Source of the DNA: Tubulanus polymorphus
Lineage: Eukaryota; Animalia; Nemertea
Length of the DNA: 64,000 nucleotides
Assembly (NCBI RefSeq): GCF_964204645.1
Contig: NC_134032.1
Span: 4,984,175-5,048,174, forward strand
Direction of reading: 5' to 3'
Both the position numbers and the translations under genes were made by a program. The notes beneath the pieces were generated by a model. The model was not told where the DNA came from. It made no database searches and was given only the letters and a program-made list of their open reading frames with translations. Below are positions 23,686 to 37,387 of this stretch, piece after piece. Numbering within the stretch: the stretch's first letter is position 1; each line of letters begins with the position of its first letter.

Positions 23686-25280
23686 ATAATTTTGGTTTTG
23701 TCGCCCGCGACAATTCATTATTTTGGTTTTATCGCCAGCGACAATTCATTATTTTGGTTTTATCGCCCGCGACAATTCATTAATTTGGTTTTGTCACCCG
23801 CGACAAAACAATATTTTTGGTTTTATCACCCGCGATAAAACAATATTTTGGTTTTATCGCCCGCGACAATTCATTATTTTGGTTTTATCGCCCGCGACAA
23901 TTCAAGATTTTGGTTTTATCGCCCGCGACAATTCAATTTTTGGATTTGTCGCCCACGACAATTCAATATTTTGGTTTTATCGCTCGCGACAATTCATTAT
24001 TTTGGTTTTATCGCCCGCAACAATTTTTTTTCTTTTTGTCGCGGTTTTATCGCCTGCGACACTTCAATATTTTTGTTTTATCGCATGCGACAATTCATTA
24101 TTTTGGTTTTATCGCCCGCGACAATTCATTAGTTTGGTTTTGTCGCCCGCGACAATTGAATATTTTGGTTTTGTCGCCCGCGACAATTCATGATTTTGGT
24201 TTTATCGCCCGCGACAATTCATTTTTTTGGTTTTATCGTCTGCGACAATTTATTATTTTGGTTTTATCGCCCGCGACAATTCATTAGTTTGGTTTTGTTG
24301 CCCGCGACAATTGAATATTTTGGTTTTGTCGCCCGTGACAATTCAATATTTTGGTTTTATCGCCCGCGACAATTTATTATTTTGGTTTTATCGCCTGCGA
24401 CAATTCATTAGTTTGGTTTTGTTGCCCGCGACAATTGAATATTTTGGTTTTGTCGCCCGTGACAATTCAATATTTTGGTTTTATCGCCCGCGACAATTCA
24501 TTATTTTGGTTTTATCGCCCGCGACAATTCATTATTTTGGTTTTGTCGCACGCGACAATAGCGACATTTCAAGATTTTGGTTTTATCGCCCGCGACAATT
24601 CAATTTTTGGATTTGTCGCCCACGACAATTCAATATTTTGGTTTTATCGCCCGCGACAATTCAATTTTTGGATTTGTCGCCCACGACAATTCAATATTTT
24701 GGTTTTATCGCCCGCGACAATTCAATTTTTGGATTTGTCGCCCACGACAATTCAATATTTTGGTTTTATCGCCCGCGACAATTCATTATTTTGGTTTTAT
24801 CGCCCGTGACAATTTTTTTTCTTTTTGTCGCGGTTTTATCGCCTGCGACACTTCAATATTTTGGTTTTATCGCCTGCGACAATTCATTATTTTGGTTTTA
24901 TCGCCCGCGACAATTCATTAGTTTGGTTTTGTCGCCCGCGACAATTGAATATTTTGGTTTTGTCACCTGCGACAATTCATGATTTTGGTTTTATCGCCCG
25001 CGACAATTCATTTTTTTGGTTTTATCGTCTGCGACAATTTATTATTTTGGTTTTATCGCCCGTGACAATTCATTAGTTTCGTTTTGTTGCCCGCGACAAT
25101 TGAATATTTTGGTTTTGTCGCCCGTGACAATTCATTACTTTGGTTTTATCGCCCGCGACAATTCATTTTTTTGGTTTTGTCGTCCGCGACAATTCAATAT
25201 TTTGGTTTAATCGCCAGCGACAATGGACTATTTTGGTTTTATGGCCCGCGACAATTAATTTTTTTGGTTTTGTCGCCTAT
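23686..25280. repeat. 31-bp tandem satellite, ~50 units
   Basis: ATTTTGGTTTTATCGCCCGCGACAATTCATT head-to-tail with no spacers. Confidence 0.97.
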
Positions 25281-25369
25281 ATTATTAGCATTTGAATAAT
25301 TAGGCCAATTAATAACGTAATAAAGACTGATGCTTTCGCCTATTTTGAAGTCGAATAATCTGATATAGT

Positions 25370-25787
25370 TCGTAAGCGATAAAGGGCCTCGAGTTGTCGC
25401 GTTCAAACTCGACAAGTCGCCATATTTATGTCGATATATTGCGATATATCGTGTCAAGTCCACATGAATATGTCTACATATCGTGACGTTTTCACGACAA
25501 ATTTCGCTTATTTGCTCATTTTCCACGGGACAAGCCGTCATTTGAAGACATGTCTAAATGTAAGATGAGGACGCCAGTAATATGACGACTGAGTTTCAAG
25601 TCGTCATGAATATGTCGACTTGTCGTGAGGAAAATGGTTGAGAAAACGAAATATGTCGTCAAAACGTCACGATATATCGACATATTCATGTTGACTTGAC
25701 GCGATATATCGCGTCAAGTCGACAATAATATGGCGACTTGTCGAGTTGGAACGCGTCATCTCGAGGCCCCTTATCGCTTCCGTAGAT
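25370..25787. mobile_element. MITE-like element with ~120-bp inverted arms; a third arm at 25879-26005
   Basis: AAGCGATAAAGGGCCTCGAG...GTGACGTTTT versus AAAACGTCAC...CTCGAGGCCCCTTATCGCTT. Confidence 0.7.
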
Positions 25788-26024
25788 GTAGTGTCGAATA
25801 TTAAGGTCATTTTGGCAGATTCCTTTTTTTTAAAAGTGATATTAAAGCGATCATTCAAGTGATCCTACTTAATGAAAGATCTACGGAAGCGATAAAGGGC
25901 CTCGAGTTGTTGCGTTCCAACTCGACAAGTCGCCATATTTATGTCGATATATCGCATCAATTCGACATGAATATGTCGACATATCGTGACGTTTTGACGA
26001 CTTGAAACTCAGTCCTCATCTTTC

Positions 26025-26540
26025 AGCAACGCCAGTCACATGGAGTCGTACGTGTTCTACTTTCTGCGACGCGACACGACTGTCACAACCAACCGACGCG
26101 CTCTTGCGACTGGCAGAAACTAGTCGCACACAATCGTATTGCAAGCGACTTGCATCGAAACTTGCGATGCAACGCGAGGATCGCATCGTGTCACAAGAAC
26201 AACCTACGTCTGGCTTTAAGTTACTGCAGAGCATCAGAAATATCTTTTTTTTCGTTCAAAAGACCTTTCGCTTGAAAATTCTTTCGTCGGAACAAAATTT
26301 ATTTCGTTCGAACCAATAATATTCTATACAATTGAACCAATTTGAAAAAAATCGTTAGAACAAAGTTGAACAAACTTTCTTTTGTCCAAACGAAAGGTTT
26401 TTCGTTCGAACAATCATTCAATTGAACAGAATGGTTTTAATTTGAACAGAATTTTCTTGTCAGAACAATAAGTTTTTCGTTCGAACAAGTATATTGAAAA
26501 AAGTTTTTTCTCCGAACCGAAAGTATTAAGTATTTCAGAA
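26025..26540 (+). repeat. Interspersed repeat rich in TTCGTTCGAACA units; second copy ~27620-28140
   Basis: The two segments are directly similar. Confidence 0.75.
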
Positions 26541-29500
26541 CGATAACCACACTCAAACGTGGTGAACGGATGATAAGATAAAATCCCACTATTTACAGAT
26601 TAAAAGAATTTAAAAACAAGAATTTATTTATTAAATCTAAAATATTTAAAAGACACGACGTCTTTTTAAATCACGACCAGTTTCTCCAAAGTAAATTTTA
26701 TCAAACATTTTTTTTAAAACTATACCTATTTTTCTTTATCAAATTAACCGTGTATTTACTAAGATAAATCATGAGTGTACCGGGGAGTCGTAGGCCTAAA
26801 GTAAACACGCCGAAGAGATAGAGCGGAGAAAAGCTGTTATGTCGACGAGGTATCAAAATAAAATAATATTACTTTATTACTTAATTACTTTATTCGGCCG
26901 CGGGCCTCAACCTCTATATAAATACCATCAATACTCTATATTTCCTACAGTACATACCGATCATTGTCAACTGCACCAGGTATTTACTAAATACAAGTAT
27001 ATAACACACTCCTTTCCGTATGCTGGAGTCACACTTGAAATTTGGAGTAAGCGTTCGCTGTGGGGGAAAGGAGATCGTTCGCTTTGTCGCTTGAAGTGTT
27101 TATCGAGTTTTACGTGGCTTTAGGCCTACCGGTATTGAGCTTTACTGTCTCAAACAAACACAGTATAATTGTTGCGTTTATTAACGGACTCATTGGATTG
27201 AACTTCAAAACAAAATTTTCGACATTTAGGAGGGTTGTTATTCAATAGGCCCACGACCAATCTGTCCGGATGTTAGGCGGTTAAAGCTAAGTTCACTGTA
27301 AAGGAGGAGTCAGGTTTATTAAAGTGCATGTTAATTAGTGATTTACTGGTTCTGACTTAAACGATCAATCACAATTATCAATTTTATTGACAAAAATGAA
27401 GATTTTTTTGAAAATTTCTTCTGAGCAGACAGCTTTATAAGCCAGACTTTTCATCATAAATGAAACTGGTATTTCCTTAATTCCTATGACTTAAGCCGAG
27501 GGTGGGTCGGCCTTGCGATGGCTTGTGACTCACTGCGAGGCCATTCACTGCAACCGCCAGCGACGATTGTGTCGCAACGATTCATCGACCTACGCTCCCT
27601 TGCGACAGGTTGTGACTGTCAGCAACGCCAGTGACAAGGAGTCGCACGTGTTCTACTTTCTGCAACGCGACACGACTGTCACAACCGACCTACGTGCTCT
27701 TGCGACTGGCAGAAACTAGTCGCACACAGTCGCTGACAATCGTATCGCAACCGATTTGCACCGAAACTTGCGATGCAACGCGAGGATCGCATCGCGTCAC
27801 AAGGCCAACCCATGTCCGGCTTTGAGTTACTGCGGAGCCCCAGAAATATCTTTTTTCTCGTTCAAAAGACCTTTCGCTTGTAAATTCTTTCTACGGAACA
27901 AAATTTATTTAGTTCGAACCAATAATATTCTGTTCGATTCAACCAATTTCAAAAATCGTTAGAACAAAGTTGAACTATTTTGTTGAAACAAAAGATTTTT
28001 TCGTTCGAACAATCGTTCGATCTAACAGAATCGTTTAAATTTCAACAGAATTTTCTTGTCAGAACATTAAGTTTTTCGTTCGAACAAGTATATTGTAAAA
28101 AGTTTTTTCTCCGAACCAAAAGTATTAAGTATTTTGTTCAATCGAACAGAATTTTTTTTTCATTCACGAAAAAATTGTTTTCGCTCCACCAAATTTTTTG
28201 CCGGGACAAAGAGTTTTTCATTTCAACAATGACATAGCTTTCAGAATGAAGAAAAGTTTTGGTTCAAACAAAAAGCGTACAAGATTTTCTTGTCGGATCA
28301 TTAAGTTTTTTGGTCGAACAGCGTGTTAAGGTCGTTTTGGAAATTTACTCGGTCTGGTATATTTTGGATTACTGTGTATGTCATTTGTCAGGACATTAGA
28401 AGACGACTTAGTATACTACCTTGCGTGACTCCAGTAGTTAGACCGACTTATTCCAAGATGAGGCGTTCCGTTGATTTCGGCTACAAGTTTTCGTTCAGAT
28501 ATAATGCTGAGCCAATTCGGCAACCTATTGATACTGTTTCCTAATAGCCTTCTTTAGTAATGGCTGATGTTGTACCTTATCAAATGCTTTGTCGAAATCA
28601 TAAAGAGTAATTATCGCCTAACAGTCGATTTTCCAGAGTCAAATAGGACATCAAGTCCAGTTGTCCATGGTTTCAAGAAGGTCTAATGGACTGTTTGTCG
28701 AGCTTCCTCTTATAAAACTGTGTTAACCATTGAACAGAATTCAAAGACTGTGCAGAAAACCCGTTATCGCTGCTTTGCAGCTATATTTATTATTATTATT
28801 TTTTTCCACACATTTTTTGTCAAAAGTACATAGGCTTTTTTACATTACGGCTGTTGCCGATACAATCCGTCTGATATCATTCAGCTCAGTTCGATCTACA
28901 AATACTCCGTGCGAATTTTGAAGAATCAACGTTACAAAAGCACTGTCGGGCCGTAAACATCGAAAATTGAGCCCCATTCAAAGAGCCGACATGTTTTTCT
29001 AAGTCGTCTTTCCGAAATCTACCGCACGTTTCTTGTCACATTGATAATTGTCAAATGCACAAGGTATTTACTAAATACAAGTATATAATAACACAATCCT
29101 TTCCGTATGCTGGACTCACACTTGACATTCGGAGTAAGCGTTCGCTGTGGGGGAAAGGGATCGTTCGCTGTGTCGTTTGAAGTGTTTATCGAGTTTGACG
29201 CGGCTTTAGGCCTACCGGTACTGAGCTTTACTGTCTCAAACAAACAGAGCATAATTGTTGCGTTTATTAACGGACTCATTGGATTGAACTTCAAAACAAA
29301 ATTTACGATATTTAGGTGGGTTGTTATTCAATAGGCCTACGACCAATCTGTCCGGATGTTAGGCCTACGCATATACATAGGCCTACATAGGCTAGTAGCC
29401 TCTACTAGGTTAAGCGTTGGCTGTGGGGGAAAGGAGATCATTCGCTGTGTCGCTTGAAGTGTTTATCGAGTTTTTCGCGACCTTAAGGCTTTAGTATGGT

Positions 29501-29595
29501 GGCTGATAAGGGCCATGCGTAAAAAAAACACATATATGCAAATGAGGGCGACATTATGACAAAACGACAAAACTAAATTAACGTGACAAAACAAT

Positions 29596-30296
29596 AATTT
29601 TGGTTTTGTCGCCCGCGACAAATCATTATTTTGGTTTTATCGCCCGCGACAATTCATTATTTTGGTTTTATCGCCCGCGACAATTTATTATTTTGGTTTT
29701 GTCGCACGCGACAATTCATTATTCAATTTTCTTTTTGTCGCAGGCGATAAAACCAATTTTTTTTTTGGTCGCAATTTTATCGCCAGCAACACTTCAATAT
29801 TTTGGTTTTATCGCCTGCGACAATTCAATATTTTTGTTTTATCGCCAGCCATAATTCATTATTTTGGTTTTATCATCCGCGACAATTCATTAGTTTCGTT
29901 TTGTCGCCCGCGACAATTCAATATTTTGGTTTTATCGCCCGCGACAATTCATTATTTTGGTTTTATCGCCCGCGACAATTAATTAGTTTGGTTTTGTCGC
30001 CCGCGACAATTCAATATTTTGGTTTTATCGCCCGCGACAATTCAAGATTTTGGTTTTATCGCCCGCGTCAATTCATTTTTTGGTTTTGTCGCCCGCGACA
30101 ATTCAATATTTTGGTTTTATCGCCAGCGGCAATTAATTATTTTGGTTTTATCGCCCGCGACAATTCATTTTTCGGTTTTGTCGCCCGCGACAATTCAATA
30201 TTTCGGTTTTATCGCCAGCGACAATTGATTATTTTGGTTTTATCCCCCGTGATAATTGATTATTTTGGTTTTATCGCCCGCGACAATTAATTTTTT
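29596..30296. repeat. Second array of the 31-bp satellite (~22 units)
   Basis: Same unit and same upstream flank as 23686-25280. Confidence 0.95.
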
Positions 30297-32380
30297 TGCA
30301 ATCTGGCTTTACTGGTACTGAAAAGTAAGCATCTTTCAAATCAATGACCGTAAACCAAGATCCCTATTTAGTCAAAGCCAACACATCCTTTATAGTGTCC
30401 ATTTTAAAGCGGTGGTGTTCCACGTATTCATTGAAATACTTTAAATTTAATATCATGCGGTAAGTACCATCCTATTTAGGGGTAAGGGAAATGTTTGAGA
30501 TAAAGCTATCTGCAGAGTATTCACACACCTCCAATATCCCTTTCTCATGGAGACTGGAAATAGTCTGATCCACCAATAATTCCATTTTAGGATTATATTG
30601 AGCACTATTCGGCAGAACCCTTTGGGTAGGTAATTCGTTAAGTTCAATATCATAACCAAGAACAGTGGATAAAATCCAGGGATCACTAGTAATTTTGCCC
30701 CAATTTCAATGAGCCAGGGCTATTTACCAGCTACAAAATTACCTGCCGTATTTACGAACCTTCTTACCTGATGACGAGTTATTTCTTGGGTTGACTTAGT
30801 TGCCGTTTGCTGCATCCTCCCGAGCCGGGTAGGCTGTTGGAATATACACTTCTGTTTCCACCCTGTGGAGCTGAGTACTGAGGCGTTGACCTATAAAATT
30901 GTTACTGAACACACATCTATTCGGAGGCATACTATACGGCTGATGACGGATCGGTTTGTAAAAGCCCTGTTGCATTACAGGAGTCCTGAACGCAGTTGAA
31001 CCTGTTTTCTTCAGTTTTTTGCCGATGGATTCTGCGTCGGCAATGTCTTTGATTTCTTTGTTAAGCTCGTCGCCAAACAAGAACACTTTACCAATTGGTC
31101 GAGATGCATTACATAACTTTGTGAATGGAGGCGCTAATTTGTTTTTAATTTGCTCTCGCCTGAAAATACATGTTTTAGTGAACAGACAGGACATGATACG
31201 CAAACTGTCAGCCAGCAGCAGTCTCATTTCGTTTCGTGACACCAAGTCAGCACCTTGTGGCAAAGAATCAAAAGCTCTAACCAGCGGCACCAGTCCCTTC
31301 AGATGAAGTTTCTGCAATTTTTGGATCGAGTTATCCGAGAATCGCGATGGTTTACGCATTTTGTCCCAAATTAATGAATTTATAGCCGAACTACCATCAT
31401 ATCAACGTTCTTGGGAACCATATACTTTTCCAAGACTCTATCTTAGAGTCCTGCATTGAGTGCCTTGGCGACATCAGCACGAACCGGGTTTCCATCAGCG
31501 ACCTCTGGGGAGAAGAAATGTAATAAGTCAGGCACGATGGCATCATCTTCACCCGGCTGACGATCGGAGTACAAAGACGCAAAAGGGTCGGAACCCAAAA
31601 CAGGATGATCAACCCGGCAAGCCGGACTCGGTTGAGATAATTGAGTCTGAGACCGTGGTGGAGACAAATCATTCTCAGTCAACTGGCATTGAGAATCATC
31701 AATATCATAATCATACTGACCCTGGAGATCAACCACTTCTCCTTCCTCCGATAAAGGGAGAAAACCGCGACTTTTCCCCAATCCATCTAACCTGTCCAGA
31801 ATCAGTTGAAGAACATCACCCGAAGGCGAAGAGGCTGGGAAATCAACACTGGCATTTTGACTTAATATTACTAGCGCAAGATGGCTGACTTCTGGGTACG
31901 ATGGCGCCACTAGCTGAAGACTGAGCCGCGCTACATCTCCCACGTGTACGGGAAGCAATTTTTGATTTTCCCTTATCAATTTTATAATCCTTGATTTTAG
32001 CCCTACTCTCCTTAACAGGAGCAGGAAGGTCATCAATCTGAGGCCCCGAAACGGGGAAGGCTCAGCGACCGAATCCGGGATAACTGGATGAGTGTCCGAC
32101 TTGCCCATCATCACGGAAAAACGATTGTCACAACAATCGAGAAAAATCAACTCACGAGGAGTAAAACAGCTACAGAAGCACACAATAAAAGAAACGAAGT
32201 CTAGATAACGATATAACTAATCCAGAACGTCACACAAGCGAAAAAACGTGGAATAAAATCCAAGATAACGAGCAGCAATTACACCCACGTGTATCCGACC
32301 AGCAGGAAAATGGCGTACTGACTTACAGGAGTGAGTGACGTCATCTCATGGAATACCGGAGTATAGCGAGTGAAGTGAAA
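30297..32380 (-). mobile_element. DIRS-type retrotransposon, 5' portion (gag and start of RT), degraded
   Basis: Minus strand DGTYRMILNLKYFNEYVEHHRFKMDT...IDLKDAYFSVPV (RT); gag-like RREQIK...LCN...FLFGDELNKEIKDI (30796-31359). No recombinase portion is present. Confidence 0.85.
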
Positions 32381-32381
32381 T

Positions 32382-32745
32382 GATTCTTAAGATCCATCAA
32401 CAGACGAGTTTAGAAGAACTAAATCGAGAATAAATCCTGATAATGAAAATCCAGATTTAGTAAAACAAAATTTAGAATATAATGAATATATTTACCATTT
32501 CAAACTTATATTTGAAAAATCTGGATATAATGTAAATGATAGAGGTGCCAGACATTTAGTAAGAGAATTACAGTTTTTAGATGGTAAATATTATTATCAT
32601 TTGAAAGATGATTATTATATTAATATCTCCTGTAAATATCAAAATAAGATATTAGCAGAACCAACTTTGAGTAAATTAGAACCACCTAGAATTAAAAGAA
32701 TAAGTAATAGTAATGAAATAGAAAATGTTACCGACACAGAAATGA
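32382..32745 (+). mobile_element. Polinton copy D fragment; continues at 39692-40150 after the transposon insertion
   Basis: Homologous to ~57470-57830 and to the reverse complement of ~40960-41330. Confidence 0.8.
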
Positions 32746-33941
32746 CACGGCTGTACGGCGTTTCGCTTCGATTGTCAATAGCGATTATTGATCCACGGCG
32801 GGGTCACGTGACCATCGCGCGTATGCTCCAAATGCTTAAGTACGCGATCTAACGGTTTTTCCTAGCTCCCTTAGTGTGCTTAAACGAACGAGGTTGACTT
32901 GATGCAATCCCCTGTAGCAGGTTCTTGAGTATATAGATTAGTTCGTAAGGGTATTAAACGCCATTTACCTGCGACTCTTTTGCCGCCGGACCGCTTCAAA
33001 GTGGAGAGAAAATTTAACGACTCGGGCGATACAAGTCTTGGGTAAGATACTTTATATATCGAAAATATAGTACGATGGATCGTTTATAATTTTCGTCTAT
33101 GAACTATATGAGCTTTTTAGCTTTCGTTTGATGTATAAAACGTCGGCCTTCCCTATCGATGATGGGAGAACAAGTGGAGCTCAACCCGACTCGGCCGTGG
33201 TAGGCTATGGCTAATTATTTAGGCCACTCGAGATGCGAGCTCGTCGCATTAGGCTATTTACCTGTTTACAATCCAGCACACTTCTTCACTTTCCGGATCG
33301 ACCACAATACCAAAAGGCCTATTCAAACTATTACTAAGTACTGTGGTCACTCATTGGGCCAGTATTATTTTTTCAAATCTAGGCCAGGCCTCTTATGTCT
33401 AATAAGTAGGGTTTTCGGTATTATTTTCAGTTTCTTTTTTATTGCTATTACGCATGTCGGTAGGCTGGTGGATGAATGGCCTTGGGTGTTTGAATTCGAA
33501 CCCTTAAGCTCGACATCTTTCCACTTTGGTAAGTAGGGCTAAGCTTCCTAATCAGAAATTGTCTATAAAATGCACAACTACCCTATGATTTTTGGAATAT
33601 TTTCAGTTTTCTCGTTGGAAATAATTTGGAGTTCGTCGAATTCAGCCCCTTACTCAAAATTTTGTTGTCGCTCCAGTTAGTATTCCTAATCAGAAATTGT
33701 CTATAAAGCACACAACTAAGCCTACTACACGGAGTTGATATATATTTTCAGTTTTCTCGTCGGTCTACTTCAACTCTCACTGTTTGAATTCAGACAGTTG
33801 CAGTTGCAGACATTTTGTCGTCGCTCGGTAAGTATTCTATTACTAATCAGAAATCAGAAATTGTCTAAAAATGCCAAGCTGCATGAAGCTGATTTTTCCA
33901 AATATATTTTCAGTTTTCTTGTCGACTTCTACAACTTCAAA

Positions 33942-36900
33942 ATGTCACAACACTCTGGTAAGTTGAGCAACAACAAAATTAATTTTTTAGTTCATATGGA
34001 TGAAATTGAAAGATCTTTAAAAACATTGCTATTTCTATTTTTCAGGTGGATCGCTTGGTTCAAAAGTTGGCGCTGGCGGGAAAAAACGACGGTTCGGCCA
34101 AAAAAGAAGAAACTGTGAGTCTAAATTTCATGAAAAACTCTTGTTGACTTTATGATACTAATAAAGAATTCCTTAAGATATTCATTGTTCCTTTAATTCA
34201 TTCATTGCATTTTATTTCTGCGAATGGTTTCTGGTTCGTGTTTCACATGAATGATCATGCATTTGTAAGTTCTAGATTTTCAGTAACCTTGAATTTGTTA
34301 TTCAATCCAGAAAGCTTACTCTTATAAAAAGATACATGTCTTATTCAAATTTTGGAATACTCTGTTCCAGTTCATGGGAATCCAGGATGAAGTCATAATT
34401 TTAGGGATTAGAAAATCCATATCGGGGTTGTAGTCACGTAGTGATATTTTTTGGGAAAATAGATTGAATAAATAAAACCTTGAATATCCTGGGCCCGGTT
34501 TCATAGACTGAGTACCAAATAATCCTCAATCGGTGTGACAACCACCATAGTGAAAATGAGAAACCATGGTTATAACTGACAATTTTCTAAATGTTCCGAA
34601 ACTATTTTGCTTCCACACATCTCTGAAACCCAGCCCTGGTGTAGAAATGAACTCAAATAAAATCACAAACAGATCAAGCTTCAAATGATTAATAACAAAT
34701 GTCATACATGTACTGAATTTTATCAATTATGACGATTTATTTCACTGAGATATAGTTAGATATAGAAAAACTTGCACTTAATTGTGACGTAGTAAAATAC
34801 ATTTGATTATTAATCAATTACTCTAGAATTATGAATTGTTTTGCCTCTATCTTCTTCACTCTTACTCATCTTCAACTTCAATTTGCCTAGGTAAAAAAAA
34901 ACTGGAGTTCATAAATTCTCCACCCCATAAAGATGAGTCAACTTTGACAGAGCCATGCTTAGATACTATAAGCATTACAACTGACGAAGAATCAAATTTC
35001 TGGCAAAAGTCTGACTCAACAAGAATCATTGAATTGGAAAATGAAGTTTCAACTTTGAGAAATCAAATAACAGAAAAAGACAAAATAATCAATCAGCAAA
35101 ATATAACTATTTCTTCATTACAATCTCAATTAAACTCAAATGTACCAGTAATCCGTACCCCGTCAGTGTCAGCATCTAGAAACACGCTTAATAGTCGCGC
35201 AGATAAATTGAAAGATTTTGTTGAAGGAATATCATCACCAGAAAGTAACGTCCAAGATTCTGCTTGTACACTCGCCAAATTTTTCAAAAGGTATCCGACG
35301 GTAACGAATGCAGCCTTACGTGAAGCTGATATCAAACTGTTCCACATGCTCACCCCAAAACAGGCTGTTGACATTAAGTTGAGGCAACGAATGCCAATGA
35401 TTCGTCTTCTTGATTTGAAGAGAGATTTAAAAAACTTCGACATTCCTGTATTTCCAACTGTGGCAGAAATTCGAACTGAAATAAAAAACAGAGAAATGTC
35501 ATTTGCCCCTTATGTCATTGCGGGTGAAGAAATCCTAGAGATTAATTCCCGTACACACGAAAGAAAACTTGCGCCCTATGTAATCATAGATGATTTTCAC
35601 GCACAAGCTCAAAGACATGCAGAACATCTGCACAAAATTGGAAATCTCTTATTCCATCAAAACTTTCACGATGAAATATGGATTAAGACAGGAATTGATA
35701 AGGGGGGTGGGAGTACAAAAATGGTTTTTTCCATAGTTAATGGGCTATCACCCAATAGCCCCGATAGTTGTGAATTGGTCGGTTATTTTGAAGCAACTGA
35801 TAATGCTGAAAACTTGAAGATGATTTTCGGGCCATTAAAAGAGGCATTAGAAACCCCATTCACAATTTTTCTAGATGGAAAAACAATACAAGCTCGAACT
35901 TTTTTCATCGGGGATCTTGCATATCAAAGCACAATGATGGGTCATCAGGGCTCAACAGCATCTTATCCATGTCTTAAGTGCATGGTGCCTCTTGATCATC
36001 TGAGAAAAAAAGATGGCACCTCTCATTCCGCGAACACTTATCAAAACCGTAGTATTAACCACTATATCGAAAGTTCTAAATTAATCGAGACGGCACCAAC
36101 CATGATTGGCCCGTCATCGCACAGTATTAGTGGTCCTATGCTGTATAGGCCACTTGATTTAGAACACTTAGTACCACCTCCTCTTCACATAACATTAGGA
36201 ATCGGACTAAAAATCTATGATATGGTCGAAGACAAATGTAAAGATCTCGACCATTCAACATTAGGGAACAGAGACCCAGAACTGTACCATAAATGGAAAA
36301 GTGTATCAAACGTAGTCCAAAATCTTGTAAATGAATTGGAAGATTTGAAATTAATACTCGCACAAAATATCGAGACTATAGATGTATTGAAAAGAGCAGA
36401 TCAGAGGCGACGTTCACCATTTCATTGTGGTGCCCCAATTTGTGTCATACAGGAAATAGAAAATGGAAATGTTAACAACTTTGAATACTGTACCTCTTGT
36501 GATTCACCGTACCACACTGACTGCATTTCGATTTATGGCACTGTGGAAGCGTTTAAGTGCATAAGGTGTCTCAAACCCAATAGTACAGGCCATAAGTTCT
36601 TGAAAAACCTCGAATCTGAAACTAATAAAATCAAATCTGACATAAAGGCAAAGAAAGATCAAATAAGACCTAGAAAATTAAAGCTAGATGAAATTTACAA
36701 AGAGGTTTGCTCAAAAATGGGTCCACTACAGTCAGCGCTCAATGAAAAACTGCATGAAATTGGGATAGACAGACAGGCTTACCATTCACTTTCATTCAAT
36801 GGTAACCATATCAACAAGCTGTTGAACATAAACCCTGATAAAGGAATAAATAATCCGGTTAAATTACTATCTGTACTATCAGATTACCCAGACATTCAGC

Positions 36901-37361
36901 TCATATACCAAGAATTATTTCAACGGTTCGCACAAATGTACAAACTGTATTCTGCATGTAGATTTTTATCAGATGAAGAAGTGGCAGATTTGGAAACCTT
37001 TTGTAAGGATTTCGGTGCTTGGTTTCCAAGAACTTTCCCGGAACAAACAATAACACCCAAAATGCATATGTTAATTTTTCATGTGCCTGAATTTGTCAAT
37101 ATCTGGCGTTCTCTAGGAATGTTCGGGGAACAGGGCTTGGAAAGCAAGCACGCTAGCATGAATAGGGATGTCCGTGTTTATTCATGCTTGAGAAATAAAG
37201 TTACACGAGCGAAACTGATGTTTATCAACCAGGGTTTGTATAGTACTAAGTCCAAAACCGATGTCCGCGTTACACGAAAATGTTTTTGTGGAGGTTTCTA
37301 CAAAAAAAATGGAGACACACGTTCTTGTAAATTATGTTTAAATATTGCAAACATACATTAG
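33942..37361 (+). CDS. DDE transposase, predicted exons 33942-33957, 34046-34114, 34891-37361 (851 aa), with PHD finger
   Basis: GT-AG splicing keeps frame: MSQHSGGSLGSKVGAGGKKRRFGQKRRNCKKKLEF (basic NLS-like). Motifs GIDKGG, FIGDL, YPCLKC, PPPLHITLG, TPKMHMLIFH, GEQGLESKH. Confidence 0.88.
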
Positions 37362-37387
37362 TCTTGCTTGTGTAACATGATTTACGG

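Noticed and set aside
23686-25280. 31-bp repeats as a CRISPR array, and the many ORFs over them
   Set aside because: Units are head-to-tail with no unique spacers, there are no cas genes and the context is eukaryotic. The ORFs are artefacts of a stop-poor satellite.
34836-37361. Calling the transposase RAG1/ProtoRAG
   Set aside because: No RAG2 partner, no RSS heptamer/nonamer, and a 4-bp rather than 5-bp TSD; Chapaev-like fits better. The tracked start at 34836 lies in a predicted intron.
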